A stretch of DNA of 32,000 nucleotides from Nanobdellota archaeon (GTDB lineage: Archaea; Nanobdellota; Nanobdellia; Tiddalikarchaeales; Tiddalikarchaeaceae), in assembly GCA_016931175.1 (NCBI GenBank), contig JAFGFH010000013.1, positions 13,486-45,485 on the forward strand, written 5' to 3'. The notes under the pieces are model-generated. The model did not search any database. It saw only the letters and a list, made by a program, of their open reading frames with translations, and was not told where the DNA came from. The position numbers and the translations under genes are program-made. Position 1 is the first letter of the stretch; each line of letters begins with the position of its first letter. This document shows, piece by piece, positions 27,353-32,000 of this stretch.

Positions 27353-27369
27353 GATTAATACAAAAAGCG

Positions 27370-27921
27370 TTATCGTTTTTTAAGCCTTATGTAAGTCTTC
27401 GCTTTATTCCCAGTTCCGATAACAAACGCTTCAGTATGGAATAGTTTCCTTGCAATCTTAATAAAGTGTTCAAACTCGGCGCTGTTCTTAGGGTAGAATT
27501 GAATAATTGCCGAATCTTTTACTACTCTGTGAATCTCCCTTAACACATCCTCGTACTCTCTTGGCTTAACCCATTGTATCGTGCTTATGGAGATTAAGTA
27601 ATCAAACTCTTCATCTTTGAAATGCAAACTCCTAATATCACATAATACTGTTCTTAACCCTTTCTTCTTAGCGTAATCAAGCATGTGTTCGTTAACGTCG
27701 CACCCAGTTACATTAAAACCCTTTTCTTTTAACACAATTGTTGAGAATCCAGTGCCGCAGCCTAAGTCTAAAACTCTGCTTTCAGGCTTGAAGCACGCTA
27801 TGCTTAAAGCGTCAAGAGTCATTCTTGACTGTATTCTTTTGAAAGCACCGCTTAACTCGTACAATCTCGCCTGTTCTTTATTGTAATAATCAGTTGGGGA
27901 GTCGCCGAGTACGTCGCTCAT
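27370..27921 (-). CDS. Class I SAM-dependent methyltransferase, Bud23-like
   Basis: VLDLGCGTGFSTIVLKEKGFNVTGCDVNEHMLDYA...FDYLISISTIQWV...IIQFYPKNSAEFE; overlaps the eL24 stop by 4 nt. Confidence 0.8.
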   Translation of the reverse strand: MSDVLGDSPTDYYNKEQARLYELSGAFKRIQSRMTLDALSIACFKPESRVLDLGCGTGFSTIVLKEKGFNVTGCDVNEHMLDYAKKKGLRTVLCDIRSLHFKDEEFDYLISISTIQWVKPREYEDVLREIHRVVKDSAIIQFYPKNSAEFEHFIKIARKLFHTEAFVIGTGNKAKTYIRLKKR

Positions 27922-28085
27922 TCTTCAACTTTTCTTGACCACTTCTTCTTCTGAGGGTTTCTTTTAAGTTTAAGCATGTTCTTCTCGCATTTTGAAGAAC
28001 AAAAGTCAAGAACCTTGCCTTCTTTTTTCACCAAGCGCGTACCTTTTCCTTTCTCAACGGTTTTTTTGCAAAAAACGCATTTCAT
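27918..28085 (-). CDS. rpl24e: Ribosomal protein eL24
   Basis: Own translation: [55 protein letters not shown]. Zinc-binding Cys pairs typical of eL24. Too short for the supplied track. Confidence 0.92.
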   Translation of the reverse strand: MKCVFCKKTVEKGKGTRLVKKEGKVLDFCSSKCEKNMLKLKRNPQKKKWSRKVEE

Positions 28086-28336
28086 TTCTTGCCACCCCTG
28101 CCGCCGCCTAAAGGTGCTGCCTCCATTTCAGTTTCAAGCATCATAAGAACGTCTCCTACCTTAACAGGTCCTTTAACGTTTCTTCTGATTATCTTATCCT
28201 TGTCTCTTCCAGTAAGAATCTTAACTCTTACCTGCGTGGCTTCTCCTCGCACACCAGTTCTTCCGATTAGTTCAACTACTCTTCCCTGGTATCTCTCTTC
28301 GGATACATACTCTGTTTTCTTCTCTTCTTTAGCCAC
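28082..28336 (-). CDS. rps28e: Ribosomal protein eS28
   Basis: [56 protein letters not shown]. Confidence 0.95.
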   Translation of the reverse strand: MAKEEKKTEYVSEERYQGRVVELIGRTGVRGEATQVRVKILTGRDKDKIIRRNVKGPVKVGDVLMMLETEMEAAPLGGGRGGKK

Positions 28337-28342
28337 TTTTTA

Positions 28343-28711
28343 TCACTTCTTGCTTGGTTTTATCTTTTCTTTCAAAGCTTTAAGGTTGTTCTTTCCCTCA
28401 CCAGCTTCGATTATTGCAGCTGCTGAGCACCCAACCTTTACACCTATTACTGAACCAACACTTTTCTTGTCCTTAATAAAAGCGTAAGGTATTCCCTTCT
28501 CTTCGCTTAAAGGAGCCAAGTGCATTACAATCTCAGGAGGGTTAACGTCTCCAGCTATGATAACGAACTTAGCAGTTCCTCTCTCTATTGCTTTCGTAAC
28601 CTCGTTAGTTCCCTTCTTTATCTTTCCTGTGCTTCTCGCAACGTTGAAGAGTTCCAGAACACTCTGTTGTATATCATCTGGCAACTCTTGCGTAACATAT
28701 CCTGCCATCAA
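28343..28711 (-). CDS. rpl7ae: Ribosomal protein eL8 / L7Ae (kink-turn binding)
   Basis: STGKIKKGTNEVTKAIERGTAKFVIIAGDVNPPEIVMHLAPLSEEKGIPYAFI. Confidence 0.96.
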   Translation of the reverse strand: MMAGYVTQELPDDIQQSVLELFNVARSTGKIKKGTNEVTKAIERGTAKFVIIAGDVNPPEIVMHLAPLSEEKGIPYAFIKDKKSVGSVIGVKVGCSAAAIIEAGEGKNNLKALKEKIKPSKK

Positions 28712-28801
28712 TAAACCACCTCACTATTTGATGTTATTAACTAATTATACTCTAATGTGTTTAAAAAGGTTTTTATTTTATTGTTTAATCCAATATTATT
28801 C

Positions 28802-29167
28802 ATGGATGTGTCAATCTTTTTTGCAAGATTCCTCGGAGCGTTCTACTTAATCTTCGGGCTCTTATTCGTTGTCACGAAGTATTTAGGAAAACTCATTGAG
28901 AAGACCAATGATAAGTGGTTTACTGTAGCAACAGGTTATAACACTTTACTTCTGGGTTTAGCTACTGTAGTATTGCATAACATCTGGGTCTGGGACTGGA
29001 GAGTAGTAATAACACTAATAGGGTGGTCTACTTTAATCAAAGGAGTTATGAAGATAGGATTTCCTGAAGTAATCAATAAGCAGGCGCAAGTGTTCAAAAA
29101 CAAGCAGACGCTAAGCACAGTAATAATGGCAGCCTTGGGTGCTTGGCTGATATGGGTTAGCTTATGA
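28802..29167 (+). CDS. Hypothetical multi-TM membrane protein (about 121 aa)
   Basis: About four hydrophobic helices. ATG 28802 preferred over 28757 because a TATA-like tract (tttaaaaagg) lies inside the longer version. Confidence 0.6.
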   Translation: MDVSIFFARFLGAFYLIFGLLFVVTKYLGKLIEKTNDKWFTVATGYNTLLLGLATVVLHNIWVWDWRVVITLIGWSTLIKGVMKIGFPEVINKQAQVFKNKQTLSTVIMAALGAWLIWVSL

Positions 29168-29688
29168 AAGAGGTAGAGCTGCGCAGTTTTGTATCTGAAG
29201 AAAAGTATGAAAAACTCAAGTCCTTCTTTGACAATAACGCGGAATTCGTAAAAGAAGACGAGCAGGAGACTCATTACTTTAACTGCGAGCAGGATTTGAG
29301 AATACAATGCAATAATTACTATTCTAAGATTTGGATGAAGAAGGGAGAACTGCATGATGATTCCAGGGAAGAGATAGAACTCAACTTTGATAAGAGTCAA
29401 TTCCCTGAACTGCAGAAACTATTCAAAGCATTAAACTATGAGGTTAGTATTAAGTGGTTCAGGAACAGAAGAGAGTATAAGTGGAAAAATGTCAGCGTCA
29501 TGCTTGACTATACCAAAGGTTACGGTTATATATTAGAGTTAGAGATACTCACAGAAGATGATGAATCAAAGGCTTTGAACAGACTTAAAACCTTGTTCAA
29601 AGAATTAAGTATTGAAGTTACTCCAAAGGAAGTGTTCAAAGAAAAGTATGAAGAGTATAAGAAGAATTGGATGAATCCTAATTATTAG
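29164..29688 (+). CDS. CYTH-domain protein
   Basis: MKEVELRSFVSEEKYEKL start, IWMKKG, REEIELNF, RREYKW, VMLDYTKGYGYILELEIL fit the CYTH barrel pattern. Confidence 0.8.
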   Translation: MKEVELRSFVSEEKYEKLKSFFDNNAEFVKEDEQETHYFNCEQDLRIQCNNYYSKIWMKKGELHDDSREEIELNFDKSQFPELQKLFKALNYEVSIKWFRNRREYKWKNVSVMLDYTKGYGYILELEILTEDDESKALNRLKTLFKELSIEVTPKEVFKEKYEEYKKNWMNPNY

Positions 29689-29896
29689 TAATCATCCAAT
29701 ACTTAATGCTAGACTCTAATCCAACTCTTATTCTTAACTCATAATTCTCTTCAGCACTTAAACTCTTATCATCAATTATCTCTGCCTTGACTAATCTCTC
29801 ATAGTAAGGAAGGGATAATGCTTGCAGTGCTTGATTATCCCCTTTCTTTAACAGCTTAATTGCTTGCGTTGTGGTTAACACTTCAACCAAACTCAT
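29678..29896 (-). CDS. Hypothetical protein (72 aa)
   Basis: Small ORF coupled by 4-nt overlap to 29893..30114. Confidence 0.45.
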   Translation of the reverse strand: MSLVEVLTTTQAIKLLKKGDNQALQALSLPYYERLVKAEIIDDKSLSAEENYELRIRVGLESSIKYWMITNN

Positions 29897-30114
29897 GCCA
29901 GTATCACCTCCATATTTTTTAGTTCAACCGTTCCTTTCGGCGTCATGAAACCCCACTTGTACAACTTCTTCTTAGTGTTTACTACGTAGAGTTCGCAAAA
30001 GGAACCATTGCATCTCATCTGATACGCGTTGTTTGCAATCATTACTGAATCCAACCCTTGAAGCATTCTTGGATCAAATCTTCCCTCATCAATTGCGTAA
30101 ATTCCATGTATCAT
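29893..30114 (-). CDS. Hypothetical protein (73 aa)
   Basis: Small ORF with preceding TATA-like gtttataagt on the minus strand. Confidence 0.45.
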   Translation of the reverse strand: MIHGIYAIDEGRFDPRMLQGLDSVMIANNAYQMRCNGSFCELYVVNTKKKLYKWGFMTPKGTVELKNMEVILA

Positions 30115-30233
30115 TTTTTAATCACCAAGAATATCTTGCAGGAATTATACTTATAAACTCTTATTCGAGAATATTGATTATTTTCAGAAATAATTACTAT
30201 AAAAACATTAAATTGTGAGAAATTTTACCAAAC

Positions 30234-30611
30234 TTATTCTTTTACTAAGATTCCTTGAATTTGGCCTTCCTGTCCCGGCCTGTTGGTTACTTTAACCGGG
30301 CCTTTATCAGTCTCTATAACTGCTCCCTTGGTTATAACGTTCATACGCACGAAGTGCCTGTTTGCTGGATTCTTGACAACGCGAACTATCTTGCCAGTAA
30401 TCTTCTTCTTGCCTTGCAGTATTGTTACTTCAGCTGCTTGTATTATCCTGTTCTTGTAATTGCCTCCAAGAGTCCTGACTGCTTTAATCTTCTTCTCACC
30501 AATCTTTGTAAGGCTTGCAGGTCTTCCAAGTTCTTTCTTCCTCTTGCCTCTGTCAGTCTGGTACTTTTTTCCAGTTTCTTGCTTCTCACTTCTTCGCTGA
30601 CTAATCGCCAT
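30234..30611 (-). CDS. rps8e: Ribosomal protein eS8
   Basis: MAISQRRSEKQETGKKYQTDRGKRKKELGRPASLTKIGEKKIKAVRTLGGNYKNRI. Confidence 0.95.
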   Translation of the reverse strand: MAISQRRSEKQETGKKYQTDRGKRKKELGRPASLTKIGEKKIKAVRTLGGNYKNRIIQAAEVTILQGKKKITGKIVRVVKNPANRHFVRMNVITKGAVIETDKGPVKVTNRPGQEGQIQGILVKE

Positions 30612-30699
30612 ACTTGTATGAAAACTTATATTATTTTAAAAACCTTTCTAAACCGTTGATGAAAAAGTTTTTAAAGATTAGAGACTGTTTAAGTGAATT

Positions 30700-30930
30700 A
30701 TGGAAATAACAAAACCGCTTGATGCGTTAAACATGGCAAAGAATACTAAAGTTCTTGCTGAGTTAAAGAATGGTTCACAATTTGTTGGGACACTAAGAGC
30801 TTTTGACATCCATTTGAATATCGTGTTTGACGACGCTCAAGAGATAATCGATGGAGAGATTAAAAGAAATCTTGGAAGAATCCTTCTGAGAGGAGATACT
30901 GTTTTGCTCTTGTCTCCGCAAAAAAAGTAA
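30700..30930 (+). CDS. Archaeal Sm-like protein (Lsm/SmAP)
   Basis: KPLDALNMAKNTKVLAELKNGSQFVGTLRAFDIHLNIVFDDAQEI...RGDTVLLLSP. Confidence 0.93.
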   Translation: MEITKPLDALNMAKNTKVLAELKNGSQFVGTLRAFDIHLNIVFDDAQEIIDGEIKRNLGRILLRGDTVLLLSPQKK

Positions 30931-30958
30931 GGGAACAATTCTAACAGGTTGATTAAGT

Positions 30959-31147
30959 ATGGTAAAAGGAACGCCCAGTATGGGTAAAAAGGCAAAGGGA
31001 GGAACCCACATACGCTGTCGTAGGTGCGGCCAGCACTCTTTTCACGAGAAGAAAGGAGAGTGCAGCCATTGCGGTTTCGGAAAATCACCCAAGCTCAGGA
31101 ATTACAAGTTTACAGACAAAGCAGTTAACAAGAAGAGAAGACAATAA
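30959..31147 (+). CDS. rpl37e: Ribosomal protein eL37
   Basis: [49 protein letters not shown]. Confidence 0.95.
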   Translation: MVKGTPSMGKKAKGGTHIRCRRCGQHSFHEKKGECSHCGFGKSPKLRNYKFTDKAVNKKRRQ

Positions 31148-31197
31148 TTCTAATTAGTAAGTTTTAAAAAACCTAAAACTCCAAATTAAATAATACT

Positions 31198-31271
31198 GGG
31201 TCCGTAGCTTAGTTTGGTAGAGCATCTGCCTCTTAAGCAGAGGGTCGGGGGTTCAAATCCCCTCGGGCTCA
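31198..31271 (+). tRNA. tRNA-Lys (anticodon CTT)
   Basis: Full cloverleaf: acceptor GGGTCCG/CGGGCTC, D-arm, anticodon stem TCTGC/GCAGA with loop CTCTTAA, T-loop TTCAAAT; no encoded CCA; TATA-like ttttaaaaaacc upstream. Confidence 0.93.
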
Positions 31272-31349
31272 CTTCCTCATCCCTCACTTTTTAACAAAGT
31301 TTCAAGCGAGAAAGTAACGAATTTCTTAAAAGAACAGTGGCTTAAACCA

Positions 31350-32000
31350 ATGCCTAAAAACCAATTATTAGCAATTAGGAAAAGTCTCACTTACATCATT
31401 AATCATCATTTTACATATAAGACTTTTAATGTTCCAGTGGACGAGAAGACTTTCGAAACAATCGAAGAAATGAACATTTTCCTGTCATATATAAGAAACC
31501 CTAAGTATCTTGTGTTCTTTAAGGTAATGGCTTGGACTGGTGTCCGCAAAGGAGAAGCAATAAGGATAAAGAAAGAAGATTTCGACTTCGAGAACGAAGA
31601 CTTATATGTTAGGATTACTAAGAACGCGAAAGAGGCAGAGGAGTTAAGAGTTAGAGTGCCTTTGCCAAGCAAATTATGCAACGAATTAAAACTCTTATTC
31701 AGTTATGGTGTCTTAAAGGAGAATCCTTTTTGCGATTGCACGCACGAAAGCAAGAAAATATTCAGATTAGCATGCGAGGAATCAGGCAAGAAATACAACC
31801 AATCCTACGGAACTGCCAAAGATGGCAGAACACTCTACTTCTTCAACATCGGATGCTTCCGCAAATTCTTCCAAAGCATGATAGCCAATAATTCAGACTT
31901 AATTGGCAGAGCATTACACAACACTCCAACAGTAGCCAAAAAGCACTATTTAAGCAAAATATCAAGGATAAGGAAGATAATAAATGAGTTGTATATGTGA
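31350..32000 (+). CDS. Tyrosine recombinase/integrase-like, catalytic domain only
   Basis: AWTGVRKGEAIRIKKEDFDF (box I Arg), ...GCFRKFFQSMIAN...IGRALHNTPTVAKKHYLSKI (box II Arg, His, Tyr). Starts ~80 nt after tRNA-Lys. Confidence 0.75.
   Translation: MPKNQLLAIRKSLTYIINHHFTYKTFNVPVDEKTFETIEEMNIFLSYIRNPKYLVFFKVMAWTGVRKGEAIRIKKEDFDFENEDLYVRITKNAKEAEELRVRVPLPSKLCNELKLLFSYGVLKENPFCDCTHESKKIFRLACEESGKKYNQSYGTAKDGRTLYFFNIGCFRKFFQSMIANNSDLIGRALHNTPTVAKKHYLSKISRIRKIINELYM

Noticed and set aside
28089-28487. 132-aa plus-strand ORF antisense to eS28/L7Ae
   Set aside because: Shadow ORF opposite two clear ribosomal proteins.
31272-32000. Second copy of the tRNA-Lys 3' end as attachment site
   Set aside because: No direct repeat of the tRNA 3' segment seen in the window; it would have to lie beyond position 32000.
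1-32000. CRISPR array, Cas genes, transposase/IS element, restriction-modification or other known defense cassette
   Set aside because: No regularly spaced direct repeats and no matching protein signatures; the only mobile-type gene is the recombinase at the right edge.

Overview
The window is archaeal chromosome. The gene content (RfcL/RfcS, TBP, MCM, aIF2-beta, aIF5B, eS28, eL24, L7Ae/eL8, eS8, eL37, Lsm, CarS) suggests a compact DPANN-like genome, but the lineage is inference. Most of it is housekeeping: replication factor C, TBP, an MCM/RPA-like/aIF2-beta/DUF424 cluster, archaeal lipid head-group enzymes, pyruvate kinase, aIF5B, a ribosomal-protein operon, and Lsm/eL37. The most unusual region is a dense minus-strand run at ~14.9-22.6 kb. 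It reads GpsA, pyruvate kinase, TrxB-like, a 505-aa orphan with a SWIM-like signature, two tandem divergent PlsY-family acyltransferases, a DegV/FakB-like protein and a DhaL/FakA-like kinase without the usual FakA C-terminal domain. This looks like a bacterial-type fatty-acid-activation and acyl-glycerol-3-phosphate pathway inside an archaeon, a few kb from archaeal CDP-archaeol synthase. Other items: a perfect 18-bp palindrome centred on the TATA box between the divergent TBP and PqqD-like genes, a Bud23-like methyltransferase overlapping eL24, a short tyrosine recombinase with an atypical catalytic motif next to tRNA-Lys, a ferredoxin with altered cysteine spacing, and a 47-aa membrane ORF missing from the supplied track. 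I found no CRISPR array, transposase or obvious defense island.
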